64,000 bases of DNA from the human T2T-CHM13v2.0 reference genome, Homo sapiens: NCBI RefSeq assembly GCF_009914755.1, contig NC_060936.1. The stretch is one strand, 5' to 3'. The first letter of the stretch is position 1. The number at the start of each line of letters is the position of its first letter. Shown one piece after another: positions 27,301 to 46,470 of the stretch. The notes beneath the pieces are model-generated. The model was not told the DNA's origin. It was given only the letters and a program-made list of their open reading frames with translations, and did not search any database. Both the position numbers and the translations under genes were made by a program.

Positions 27301-27591
27301 GCCTGTAATCCCAGCACAATGGGAGGCCGAGGCAGGCAGATCACTTGAGGCCAGGAGTTCGAGACCAGCCTGGCCAACATGGTGAGACCCTGTCTGTGCT
27401 AAAAATACAAAAATTAGCTAGGCGTGGTGGTACATACCTGTAATCCCAGCTACTCAGGAGGCTGAGGCAGGAAAATCACTTGAACCCGGGAGCAGAGGTT
27501 GCAGTGAGCCGAGATTTCACCACTGCACTCCGGCCTGGGCAACAGAGTGAGACGCTGTCTTAAAAAAAAACAAACAAACAACAAAAAAAAA
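27301..27591 (+). mobile_element. Alu (AluS-like), lacking first ~20 nt
   Basis: Starts gcctgtaatcccagc; A/CAAA tail; degenerate TSD ending ttgatt. Confidence 0.95.
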
Positions 27592-28088
27592 CTTGTTGAT
27601 TGTTGACTTTCATTATTTCTCAAAAATTTTCTCCAAATATCCTCCTACCTATTATTTCTCTCCACTCTTTCTGAAATGCTTAGTTAAGTTCATGTTAGTC
27701 CTTACGATCTTATCTAGTATTGTTTCTTCACCTATTTTCCTCTCATCTTTTTTACTTTCTGATTCATTCTGGATAGTTTTTTTTTTTTTGCCTTATCTGT
27801 CTGTACATAAATTTTCTCCAGGTTTGACTAACTTGTTCTATTTGATTCATTTTCAAATCTGCTAGATCACATTTGATAGATTTCTGTCCCCTGAATCCAG
27901 TTTCATTTTGCCTTTTATTTAAATAGTAAATAGTGTTGTTTTACAGACTGTCATAATTCTAGTATCTATAGATTTGCAGGATTTCTTTTGATTATAGTGT
28001 CTGCTGGTTCTAATCTGTAATACTTCATTTCTTTGTGTTGTCTTTGACTGTATGCTGTATATTATTATATGCTGTATGTAATACCCTA

Positions 28089-28400
<312 letters not shown>

Positions 28401-28874
28401 GTATTATTTGTAGAAATAACTTGAAGCCTGGAATGAAAATATATTTCTCCAGAGAAGATCTTAGAGTGTCCTTGGAGCATATTAGTCTGGTACCATTTTA
28501 AATTACATTTGTGGCTTGACATATTTTGGACCTCCCGGGTGACATAATTTGAGGGCTGCCCAGCTTCTTGAGTGCTAGTATACTACTAGTTCCTTTTTGC
28601 CCTGAGAGTATGGCTCCTTGGGTTCACAATTTAAAGTGAGGGCAGTCACTTATTAGACATCCTACTTTGAAAATTATCGGGCTTTGATTTCTGTTAGCTT
28701 TTCCTGGGAAGCTGTCAAAGTCGGTATTCAAATTGACAACAATGGGCAAAACTCTGAGGACAAAGTAGCATCTCTACTCCCCTTATCTCTCTGACTTCCC
28801 AAATCCTCTTCAACCTTGGCCTGATATCTTTTTACTATTTTGTCAGATTTTTAGTGCTTTTTAATAATATAGTA

Positions 28875-29125
28875 GGCTGGGTGCTGTGGCTTATGCCTGT
28901 AATCCCAGCACTTTAGGAGGCCAAGGCAGGAGGATTGCTTGAAGCCAGGAGTTCAAGAAGAGCCTGGGCAACATAGTGTAAGACCTCATCTCCACACAAA
29001 AAAATTCTGAAAAGTAGCCAGGCGTGGTGGTGCACACTTATAGTCCTAGCTTCTGGGGAGGTTGAGGTGAAAGAATGACTTAAACCCAGGAGTTTGAGGC
29101 TGCAGTGAGAAAAGAGAAGAGAAAA
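28875..29125 (+). mobile_element. AluJ-like, end of right arm deleted
   Basis: ggaggattgcttga diagnostic; gcagtgaga runs straight into the tail; TSD aatatagt. Confidence 0.93.
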
Positions 29126-29856
29126 AATATAGTTTACATGTTTCATCCAGCATTTTTAATAGTTTACAGCAGGAAAGTCTGGCGAACTGACCTAAGCCAC
29201 TATGGAAAAGGAAGTCCCATTATGTACTTTATATTCTCTTTCATATTTTGTCTTTTATTATTTCTCTAAGTGTGTTCCAAACAATGTCTCACTTACTGAT
29301 TTTTGCAAAGAGCCAAGCAGCTTTGATTGCTTTTTCTGTTTGTTCTCTATTTTATTCTTTTTTATAATTAATGCTTTCCTAGCATGTTTTAATTACTTTT
29401 CTTGATTCTAATTAGAATGCTCAGCTATTCCATTTTTCTTGTTTTCAAGTAATTGCATATAAAGCTATAGACATTTCTCTGAATACATTTTTATTTGTCA
29501 TGTTTTCTAGATGGTTTGTAATATCAATCTTTACATCCCCTTTAAACAACAATTTATTTAGAAAAGTGTTTCACTTTTTTTAACTTGAATACATTTTATC
29601 CTATCTTTTTATTATTAATCTGTTTACATTGTTATGAGTTCAGAGAATGTGGGCTTTAATTATTTTTATTGAAGTTTTCTTTATGAACCAATATATGATC
29701 AAACATATTTGTGTTCCATAGGTATTTGCAAATAATATTCATTCTCTGTTCAAGACAAAATTCTTCATTAGATATTAATTCAAATTTTTTTGTTATTTAA
29801 ATCCCCTATAATTATATTTTTAATTTTCTCGATTTGACTATTTCTGAGAACAGAGT

Positions 29857-30622
29857 TGGGGTAGGCAGAATAATGATCCCCCAAAGACATCCATATCTTA
29901 ATCCCTGAAAACTGTAAATGTGTTACTTTACATGGCAAAGAAGAATTAGGTTTCAGTTGGAATTAATACTGCGAAAAAGCTGACCTTAAAATAGGGAGAT
30001 TGGCCGGGCTCACACCTGTTATCCCAGCACTTTGGGAGGCTGAGGTGGGTGATCGCTTGAGCCCAGGAGTTCCAGACCAACCAGGACAACTTAACGAGAC
30101 TCTGTCTCTACAAAAAATAAAAAAATTAGCCAGGTGTGGTGGTGCATACCTGTACTCCCAGCTACTCAGGTGGCTGCGATGAGAGGATTGCTTGAGCCCG
30201 GGAAGTCAAGGCTGCAGTAAGCTACGATCACTGCCACTGCACTCCAGTCTAGGCAACAGAGCAAGACTCTGTCTCAAAAAAAAAAAAAAAGGAGATTATC
30301 CTGGATTATCTGGATAGTCCCAGTGTAATCACAAAGGCTCTGAAAAGTAGATGATGGAAAAAGTGGGCCATAAGTCAAGAAATGTGGGAGGCTGCTAGAA
30401 GCTGGGAAGGGCAAGGAAACAGCACTATTGAAAATACTGTCAACAATATACCATCATTGTTACTTTCTCTCAGAGCCTCTGAAAATGAATACAGCCCTGA
30501 GGACACCTTGCTTTTAGCCCAGTGAGACCCATTTTAGACTGCTGGAGAATCAGATAGTAAATTTGTGGTGTTGTAAGCCACTAAATTTGTGATAATTTGT
30601 TACAACAATGATGAAAACATAA
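29857..30622 (+). mobile_element. MLT1D-like MaLR LTR split by an Alu
   Basis: ggtaggcagaataatg...catggcaaag...ggagattatcctggattatc...aagccactaaatttgtgataatttgttaca. Confidence 0.85.
30002..30290 (+). mobile_element. AluJ-like inserted in MLT1D
   Basis: TSD ggagatt; 5' ggccgggc|tcac lacks ~8 nt. Confidence 0.95.
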
Positions 30623-32479
30623 AAGGCTTTTTAAAATCTCTTTGTATCCCTAACATTTTTGCTCTATAATTTTTGCATAAAGATACAAGCACCTCATACT
30701 GTATTATAATTAGCATAATGGCATGATGCCATGCAATCCTTTCCACCTTGAATATTCTTTCTAATTTTAATATTACTGCAACTTTATTATCATTTTGCTG
30801 TTTTATTGTTACCTGTTTTTATTTTCAAACTTCCTGCTCATTTGTTTGTTAACTATTTGACAATTTCTGTGATTTAATCATCGTTGTTCACTGTAATGTC
30901 TAAATTGTGCCTTATTCCTGCCATTTTGTTTCATGTTCTGATTGTTTATGTTTTGCTCTCTTTTTTCTTTCATGTTGGATTAATCAGGACTTTGGGATGA
31001 GGTGGGGGCTATTCGTTGGTTCTTTGTTTTCTCTGGTTATTCATTCTATTTCTGGCAATTTCCCTTTTTTACTTTCTTTTTTTGTGTCTTTGTTTCTCTC
31101 TCTTTTCTTTATCAAAAGACATTAACGAGCATGTTTTGAGGGAAAAAAATCACGGGGTTTTGACTTTTTTTCTCTTCTGAATGCTTTAATAATATTTTTA
31201 TATTATTTTTATATCATAAATTACCCTTTTTTCAATTTATTTTTACTTTTCCTGGATTTTTCTGGATTCCTGCCTCAAGGAATTCTCCCAAAGAGTATTT
31301 AGATGGTAAACTTTCTGAGACTAACAAGTCTGAAAATGTCTTTATTTTACTTTCACACTTGAATACCAATTTTCTGTATAAAGGTATTGGCTAAAACAAC
31401 AGCACTGTCTCAGATTTTGAGGGTATCACTGCCTTATCTTCACGTATCTGGTGTTATTAATGAGTCGTGTGATTTAGTCTGATATTTTTATGACAGGTAC
31501 TTTGCATTTTATTTCTTGTGGCTCTTGCTATTTTCTTTATCTTTGGCGTTCGGACATGTCACCATGCTGTTTATAGGCATAGATGTGCTGTCCCCACGCC
31601 CCACCACCCTGAATCCTTCTACCCACCAGTCTGAGGATCTCTTCAATCTAAAGACTAGAGTCATTATTCTATTTCCTCAATTATTTGTTCATCTTCCCCA
31701 CGCTGTTCTTTCTCAATACCTCCACAAAACCATACATTTCTCTAGATCTACCTCCATGACACTTATCTTTGCTCTCATGTGTTTGCCTTGGATTTTTGCA
31801 TTCAGCTCTGGATGTAGCACTCTGAACCATCACCCAGTCCAGTAATGCGGTCTTCAGTAATGTCCACTCTGCTATTTAGTTCAGTCATTTCTTTCTCTTT
31901 TTTATCAAAAAGTTTTTAACTTCCAAGAAAATTGCTTCTTTCTCATAATATACTTTTCTTTTTTATGGGCAAAGTATGCTTCAAATCTCTAGGATACTTA
32001 TTTTGTTTATTCTAAAACTTTCTCTTTTCCCTGTATTAACTCTGTTGCCTTGGGCCATTTCTTTTCCTGTTTCCTGAATCTGAGCCTCTCTTTCATGATA
32101 TTGACTTTTCTCAAATAACTGCTAATTTTTAATTACCTAATCCTATTTATATATTTATAGGTGGACATTTAAATTGTACAATGAGGCTTAGGCACTCTTT
32201 CAGAGTATCTTTGGCATCAAAACTCCCACTTCAGAGGACTTTTACTAGTGGGCTTTGACTTGAGAGTGGGGGAATGAACACAACTGTTATTCCATTCTTT
32301 AATTAAAATGTTGACTGCCCATCGCCCTGGCTTTTATCCATACTCAACTAGAGTGGGGGTTATTCTTGGATTCTTCTGGGAAAACTCACATTTTTATTTC
32401 CTTAACTTATATTGGATTACGTATTCTTCATCTGTTTTATATCTTCCAGAAATTCCTTATTGTTGTGGCCTTTTCTCTC

Positions 32480-32640
32480 TTAATTCTCATAATAACCTAA
32501 TGAAATAAGTACAATATTATGCCCACTTTAAAAAGAGAAAACTAGGGGACAAAAACTTCAAGGAGCTAGCCAGCCTCAGATCTCACAGTCAGTTTCAGGA
32601 TCAATATTTAAAATCAGATCCAGAGACCACACTCTGACAA
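32480..32640 (-). mobile_element. MIR fragment
   Basis: taattctcataataacc...attatgcccacttt...gaaaactaggg. Confidence 0.55.
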
Positions 32641-33472
32641 CTTTCACCAACCATTCAGAGCAGGGATAGCATAGCAAAGCTTCCCAGTGTGTTTCATTTA
32701 GCTTTTGACTGTACAATATTAAGGAACATAATTGGGAAATTTTAAATGACCTCTAGCCCACAAGGTTCAAGGAAGCTGAACTTTGCTTATAAATCTGGAA
32801 AAAATAAACATCCCAATTGTCCAGCAGGATGTGAACTTACTCACCTAAGACAAAAAATAAATATATATGTGTAGGTTTTCTCTAAGACTTGAAATAAAAC
32901 TGAAAAGACTGCATTTAAAGTTGGAAAGAAATCCAAGATTTCTTTGTAATAGTTCTTAAGTATCTATGAAGTTTCTTATTTACTTAAATGGAAGTTCTGA
33001 AATAGTCACGTATGCCATACTTGTGACTAAAGCCAAAAAAATACAGGAAATTGACAATCAGCTTTCTCATGAGAAATTTCAAGTGTATTTTTTACAGTGA
33101 GGGAACTATATTGAGTGGATTAAATACATACCAAAAGGAAACAGAAAACTTCTGTTTCTTAAACAGTTAAGAAACTTCCAATGTTTTTAGGTATTATTTT
33201 TCATATACGTATACATTTTGTGCTTTTTCTGCCAAACAGTTTCGTATTCTCTATACTCTCACTTCTCTTTTGTAAGTGAAAATAGTTACATTGGGTTTGG
33301 GGGATTATGTTATATATTTGTTTGCTTATGTTACATAATATAATAATTATATAATGTTCATATAGAAATGGTACAATTAGCTATAAACATAGTACCCAAA
33401 GATAACCGTGTTTTTTAATACATGGATGGATGATAATGCTTAGAAAAGCAAAATGGCTACTTTAAAAAACAG

Positions 33473-33720
33473 CAATAACATAGAATAGCTAAACATATAT
33501 GTTTAGCTATACATATATATACGTATGTATGTATATATACCTATTCTATGTTGTTGAATATATATTGTGTGTGGTGTGTGTATATTTTTATATAAACAGT
33601 ATATGTATGCATATATATATGTTGCAGCTGAAGAAAGAGTTTGCAGTGTGTGTATATATATATTGAGTACCTATACATATATTGTGTATATATACAATAT
33701 ATATACATATATTGTGCATA
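33473..33720. repeat. Nested inverted repeat plus TA/TG-rich low-complexity tract
   Basis: Perfect 26-bp palindrome 33485-33510; outer arms 33473-33488 and 33541-33556. Confidence 0.85.
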
Positions 33721-34560
33721 TTTTTCCATGGCATAAATAACAACCACATTATAGTGGCTGTATACTACTCTATCTTATAGTTCTATACCACAATTTAGTT
33801 AAACTATGCCCTCCTAATAATACTTTCAGATAGTCCTGATTTTTCATAATTTTACACAATCCTACAGTTAACCTTACACATGTATCATCATTTGTTTGTC
33901 TAATATACAAAGAATAAATGCCTGGCTATAAGAGGATACTGTTCCAGTCAACTTTAATATAGAGAAGTTATGACAATTTAAACTCCCAGAAAGAAGATAT
34001 AAAAGGACCCATTTTTGTTCTCAATGCACCAAAACAAATAAAATTATTCTTTTTATCCTTTCCTATATAATATTATTTCTTTTAATTGAACTTTTTCTGT
34101 TTCACTTGAGATATGTAATTCCAAAAGAAGTTAAGCGTCTCTTAATATGTTCATTGAATCTATATCTTTTTGTAGAAAATTCCTTTATTGGGCCACATCT
34201 ATTTTTGTGACTGTCTGTTAGCATTTTTCTTGCTGAATACTGAGATTTGTATTTTCTTAAAGTTACCATATATATAATTTATATAGTACTCATTATATAT
34301 TTAGCAAAATTTTTTAAGTTATCTGTCTTTGAATGTTATTTATGAAGTTTTTATGTAATAGAAAGTTTTAATCTTTAGCTAGGCTATTTAATCAACCTTT
34401 TCCTTTATGACAACGGCTTAGAAAAATTGTCTCCTATATATGAGTCTTCTAACACTTTGAGGATATCACTATTAATATTTAACTCTCTTTACTACATATG
34501 GAATTTGTTTAAGCATAAATTATAAGAAAAAGATTAAAGTTTAATTTAACTTTGTTTTCA
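33720..34560 (-). mobile_element. Old L1ME-like fragment
   Basis: Degenerate antisense L1 3' motifs (tggctgtatactactc; caatttaaactccca; atcaaccttttcctttatg). Confidence 0.5.
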
Positions 34561-34569
34561 ATCACAAGT

Positions 34570-34965
34570 CATTTCATTCAATTTTTTGACAAATATTTAT
34601 GAAGCATCTACTATGCGCCATTCAAAATGGGATAGCATCATGAACTGGATAGGCATAGTCTTATCCCTTGTAGCACTTATAATTTAGCAAAATAAAGAAA
34701 GAAACAAGAAAACAAATAGATAAGTACAAAAATTGTGATAAATGGTACCAAGCAAAACCATAGATATCCTGATGAGGAAAACAGGGAAGGGACACATTTA
34801 GATAAGATGGCTAAAAATGGCCTTTCAGAGAGAGCTGAACACTGAAGGACAAGAAAAAGCCAGCCACACACAGAGCAGGGAGGAGAGAGCAGCCTGGGTT
34901 GTGATAGGATAATGTGCAAATGATGCGAGACAGGAAGAGTTCATGCACTGGGACATGAAAAACGA
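34570..34965 (-). mobile_element. L2 3' end
   Basis: cattca...caaatatttatgaagcatctactatgcgcca...ggcctttcagag...tgaaggac. Confidence 0.75.
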
Positions 34966-35141
34966 CATGTGCCTTCCCTCCTTGTGAAGGGTCTGGTGAA
35001 ATGTTTTGCTCATTTTCATACTTTTACTTATTAGCACCCAGGGTAATACAAATCACATTCACAATTAGATTATATTACTCTCCCAGCAGATTAGCGTAAT
35101 TTTAAACTCTTACATGTGTTGCTGAAAATGTGGAGCAATAG

Positions 35142-35410
<269 letters not shown>

Positions 35411-35504
35411 CAGTGGTGGAATGGGATTCAGTTTATGATAACAAGCGTATATAAATGTGATATGCACTTTACTATATCAGTGTTTTCATGATGGCATGTT
35501 TTCT

Positions 35505-36001
35505 GTGAGTTGTTTGTTTGTTCTCCTCTACTAGTATTTGTTCCCACTTCATCTATACTCCCGTTCAAATTTTATACACTGGACACCTAACAGCTATACT
35601 TTCCAGTATCCCTTGCCAGGAGAATTTATTTTAGATTCTTCCTGTGAGAAACACCCATGAGATGTGGCAGGCAAAAAAGAAGCAAAAACTATTGTTGCTC
35701 CTTTGGAGCAGCAGACACAAGTATGGGCTTCAGAAGATAGCCAACAGGAAGCTCTGCAGCAGCTAAGCTAGTAGGGGCTTTGCAAATCATTCACTTTGAT
35801 GGTACTGGCCACCAAGATCATTCATGACATTTTTTCAATTATCTCTGCATCTTTCTAATTTCCCAAAAGCAAACTGCAACTCTCTTTGACTTTTATTGCC
35901 CCAGCCTTTCTCCTGGTGCTGTAACATCCTATTTCAAATCCACTCCTGCTTGAAACACCTAGACATGTTTCTGTTTTCCTGACCAACCTATGACTTACAC
36001 A
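35505..36001 (+). mobile_element. ERVL LTR (LTR33/LTR41-like)
   Basis: 3' end cctgcttgaaacacctagacatgtttctgttttcctgacc...aca; start approximate. Confidence 0.55.
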
Positions 36002-36990
36002 ATGTTATTTTGTTATAGTCAAAAATTTTGAAAGTAAGCCAAAAAAAAATGGGGCTTCTCTTATATAGTTTAAGGTACCAGCTACTTAAAGTGGTGACAT
36101 TTGGTATTTCTACAGTCTCCATAACTTAGATTTATGCAACAAATTTACACTTTTCAAGATGCTTTCTTATTCATTATTGCATTTAATGCTATATTTCTTG
36201 TTTTTCACAATTATTTATTTCTAAAAACACAGAAGAATATTTTTGTAAAACTGCAATTTGCAAATTACAAAGTCCTTTTTATCTCAGTCAACTCTTGCTC
36301 TAAGGCAAGTTTTATTATATTCCCCATTTTTAGCTGAGAAAACTGAACTTGTTTCTATCACAATTATTTTATTTAAGTGAGCAAATAAATGATGTCTTAT
36401 TGCAGTTCTACATTTTGGCAATGTATATATGTTTATGTTTTAATCTATCTTAACTTTGAGTTAGTCCTCCTGATATTTTAAATTGTCAAATAGACTTGGC
36501 ATAGATATTAGGAAATTATGAATATTTTAAACAAAAGAATTTTTAAAATTTACTTTAGCCTATTTAATCTAAGATAATAGTCCCTTACCTATAAAATAGT
36601 GAGTTAGGACAAAATTATATCTAGGTTTTCTTTTCAGTTCTGTACACTATTCAGGCTTGAAGTGAAAATAACTTAAACTCAGGGAACATAAAATTCTCCA
36701 AGGCTCAAACATGTAAGAACTCTGCAACGGAAATGAAGATAAATATGAGAGAAATTTAAGAGGCATGAAGATTCAAAAAACCTATGTACTCATCTCAGTT
36801 TCTCAAGAATGGGTCCTAATTCCAGTTGAAGGGAAGAAACACTAATATTTTAGGATGCATAATAAATTCAGGACAGATTCCTACACTGGCTGATTTAATG
36901 ATTTAACATTAGCTGGTTAAATAATACTATAGAATAGTTATCACCTCCATTTTCACAGATCAGAAAACCAAGGAAAAAATACTCCATTGA

Positions 36991-38098
36991 TGTGTTAAGG
37001 CCTCTAGCTTCATATATTCCTCTGAGTACTTGCTGCTTGAGGCCTCAGTGTTCTAGTTGGAAACTAATTGGAGGGTTCAATCATTCTGAGAAGTCAAGTT
37101 GTTTTCTAAAGGTTTTGGGGGATAGTTAATGTTTCTTGCAATTCTGCATTTCTTCTGAAAAGAGGTTTTGCAGCATTTGTTCTGGACTATCTTTTTTAGG
37201 ATAATTGTATAGCAAATAACCATGGAAGTTAGTGACAGTATCTCCTTCTGGAGCAGAGGATAGATTTGCTTGCTTTTCAGGATAATAAAAATAATGTCCT
37301 TCCACTATTTACAATAGCAAAGACTTGGAACCAACCAAAATGCCCATCAATGATAGACTGGAGAAAGAAACTGTGGCACATGTATACCATACCATGTAAT
37401 ACTATGCAGCCATTAAAAAGAATGAGTTCATGTCATTTGCAGGGACATGGACGAAGCTGGAAGCCATTATTCTCAGCAAACTAACACAGGAACAGAAAAC
37501 CAAACACTGCATGTTCTCACTCATAAGTGGGAGTTGAACAATGAGAACACATGGACACAGGGAGGGGAACATCACACACCAGGGCCTGGGGGAATGGGGG
37601 ACAAGGGGAAGGGAGAGCACTAGGACAAATACCTAATGCATGCGGGGCTTAAAACCTAGATGACGGGTTGATAGTGCAGCAAGCCACCACGGCACATGTA
37701 TACCTATGTAACAAACCTGCATGTTCAGCACATGTATCCCAGAACTTAAAGTAAAATTTTAAAAAATAGTATATAATAATAATGTCCTCCTCTGGGGCAA
37801 AAGTTGGACAGGCTTTCTGGCAGCACCCTTAAAAAAGATTCGGGTTTCCTAAACTCAGGATCCTTCAGCTATAACACAAACTACTGTGGTGGCTGTGTCA
37901 CTTTCCCTGAAACATGGGGGCAAGGGGAAACTAGGCTGACATGAAGCTCATACCATCTGCTTGCTATGAGTAAGAAAGTCCTTTGTCACTGATTCCAGAG
38001 TCTCTTGTCTTCTGCCAGTCTCCATAAAATTGTGGCAGTCTAACTTGCTAGCTTGAAAGTGGCATAAAAATCTCAAACTCTCCATGGTTTGTGGTACA
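36991..38098 (+). mobile_element. ERVL-type solo LTR (MER54/MER74/LTR47-like, unresolved) split by L1PA
   Basis: TG...CA ends; aaagtcctttgtcactga...tcttctgccag...taacttgctagcttg...aaaatctca. Confidence 0.7.
37301..37777 (+). mobile_element. L1PA7/8-like 3' end, 5'-truncated
   Basis: gcatgcggggcttaaaacctagatgacgggttg...cccagaacttaaagtaaa; TSD aataatgtcct at 37290-37300 and 37778-37788. Confidence 0.95.
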
Positions 38099-38559
38099 AG
38101 ATTGATAAGTTAATAAGTGGTGGAATTTTTATTGAACCTAGACTTCTCTAACTCAAAATCTGTACACTTAACCAATACATGACACTATCCTAAGATGACA
38201 GTAAGAAAGTAATCTTGATGTAAGTAAATTGACCAGTACCTAAATGTGAGTAGTAAACTAGTCCTGGCAAAATAATGGAGCCATTTTTTAAAAAATTTCT
38301 TCTCCTTGAGATTCAAGTTTGTGTTCTTACATGCATTTCCCTGATGCCACTGACTTCCTACATCATTCAGGAAGGATTTCCAGTAAATATTCCCTTCACT
38401 GTGCACTGAACCCCCAAATTCCCCAAATTCACTTTTTCTCTTACCTATGAGAGAATTCAAATAATCTTTCATTACGATGTCCTTGTACCAATGCTTTGTT
38501 GTTGACTTCTTTCTTGGATAGGCATTATCTCTCATTTAGACTCTAATATCTTCACAGGA

Positions 38560-39075
38560 AATTTTTTCTTCTATTTTACATTTTTCTTAGTGCCTAACAT
38601 TGCCCCACATGGAATAGCCTACAGATAGTTACCTGTCAACTGATAAGCTTCCAACAAAGACAATTTGAACTCATTCTTTAGTTGTCTGTGAATCCTCTGC
38701 CTTCTCTGTTATTTACATTTCAGCATCTGAAAATAGTTGGACAAAGCCATACACCTGAGTAAACTATTTCACTTCGCATCAGTCATCTCAAACCTCATAT
38801 GACCTATCAAATTTATCTAGCAATCCTACTCCAAGTAAGTCTGCTCTCTTACTCCCCTCACACCACTTACTTTTCCTCCCTTCTCCTTATCCTCAGCTAG
38901 CAACTTTGTCTCTAGTCTACATCATTACAAAAACTAAGGCCATAAGATGACAATCCCTTCATCTTGCAACCACCAACTCTACACATTTAACCTGCAAACT
39001 TGTTCATCTCCATGTTTCTACCAATTACATCTGGCAAGGAATAGTTCTCATCTTTTGTAGAACTCATCACTTATA
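38560..39075 (+). mobile_element. L2-like internal fragment
   Basis: C/T-rich degenerate L2-like sequence (cctcagctagcaactttgtctc...aaaactaaggccataaga). Confidence 0.45.
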
Positions 39076-39489
39076 TCCTTTTTAAGAATATTAAAAATAA
39101 AAAACAATAAAAAAGATGTTCATTATATGCTGTTTGTTCAAAAAGCTAGTTACAAAGTTGCTTATGTCAAAATCATATCTCTGTATGCACAGAAAAAAAC
39201 TTGAGATATATAGTAAAATTTTAAAAGTGATTTTTTTATTGTGGTGATTTTATTTTCTTAATGATCTTTTATATGATCTAATTATTTTCACTACAATGTG
39301 CTACTTCTATAATAAAAGTGTTGATTTTAAAAACAATAGAAAAGTAGAACATGGTACTATGGAAAGGAAACTTTTTTGATGTTTCTATCCATTGAGCTTA
39401 CTATTTTATTTTGAATGGCATCTTTTCATTAGGTAGATAAATAATTTGCAAGCATTTGCTAGAAGGTAACATTTAGAAATTATTAAATG

Positions 39490-39818
39490 GTAACCACTAA
39501 ATTATCCTCCAACCTCCATCACCAATTCAGCTACAACCTCCCACCTACTTTATCCCATTACCATGCTTTATTTTTTAAAAATTTTCCTCTTAGCCTTCTA
39601 TGTGAAGTCAGATCATTTACACACTAGCCTACTTGTCCATTTTTCTCCAACACAATGTAATCTCCGTGAGATCTCCTTGATCCAGGTCCTAGGTACTGGA
39701 ACATGCTCAAAGCTATATCCCAGTACCTGGAACACTAACTGGTAGATGCTCAATAAATATGTGTTGAATTAAATATATAGTAGATGCTCAATAAAAATGT
39801 GTTGAATTAAAAAAAAAA
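39490..39818 (+). mobile_element. L2 3' end with 38-bp tandem duplication
   Basis: aatgtaatctccgtgag...atcccagtacctggaaca...gtagatgctcaataaatatgtgttgaat present twice. Confidence 0.75.
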
Positions 39819-39899
39819 GAGAGAAGGAGAATGTTAAACCTTGGGTCACTCTCCTGTCATGAATTATCAGTCTTTCCCTCTTGCTGGTGGACCACTCCC

Positions 39900-40720
39900 A
39901 TTAACATACATACATGTGTTAAATCTTTAACATTTATTAATTTTTGTGAGTTGTCACTTTCCTTCTTATTCATTCTTAGAAAGTTTATATTTTATGAATA
40001 TTTACCTTTACTAACAAATGTCACAAATATGTTCTCTGCTGTTTGCCTTTAAGTTTGTTTAAGTCTTTAAACATAAAAATTTTTGATAACCAAAAATTTA
40101 GGTCATCCCTTTATTTTTTCAGGGATGTGTTTATTGCTTAGTAGGATCTTTTATCAATCCAAAATTTGGTAAACTTTTTTAATTTTCTTTTTGTACTTTT
40201 TTTAGTTTTGTTATGTATGGACAATCTAAAATTCATTTATATGTATAGTATGTTAGCAATCTTGCATTTTCTTTTCAGATCTATAGCTAATGTTTTAATG
40301 CTATTAGCTAAGTAGTTAACCACTACATGCAAACTCTACCATATGCTTAGGCTTTAAATACATAGGTGTATTTCTGTTTACTCATTTTTTCTTCATTCAT
40401 CTATTGCCTATAGATACTTAAACAAAATTCTAGCTTTATGGAACAATTTGACATCTAATCAGATCACTTCTTCCTTTTTCTTTTTCCCTTTTTATAATTT
40501 TTTTGACAATTCTCAGATATTTACTCTTACACATGACCTTTAGCATTAGCTTTTAAATTCCATTTTTAAATCCCATCAAGTTTTGTCTGTGGTTGCATTG
40601 ACTTTTATTTTGAGAAGACTTGACATTTACAGGGGTGAATCTTCCCATGCAAAAATATAAATTCATTTTCGCTCCATGTTCAGTTATACTTTCATGTCTT
40701 AATAAAAATTTTATAGCATA
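39900..40720 (-). mobile_element. Old L1ME-like fragment
   Basis: caaatgtcacaaatatgttctct; gacatttacaggggtgaatcttcccat. Confidence 0.5.
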
Positions 40721-40745
40721 TAGGAAGAGAGATATAAGAGGGATA

Positions 40746-46470
<5,725 letters not shown>

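Larger units (their letters stand above)
36830..38175 (-). mobile_element. MIR split by LTR insertion (halves ~36830-36985 and ~38099-38175)
   Basis: tatcacctccattttcacagatcagaaaac on the left; taataagtggtggaa...tgaacctag...ctaactcaaaatctgtacacttaacc on the right. Confidence 0.6.

Noticed and set aside
38185-38535. 116-aa minus-strand ORF
   Set aside because: No recognisable homology or splice context; it borders MIR and L2-like relics and is compatible with chance.
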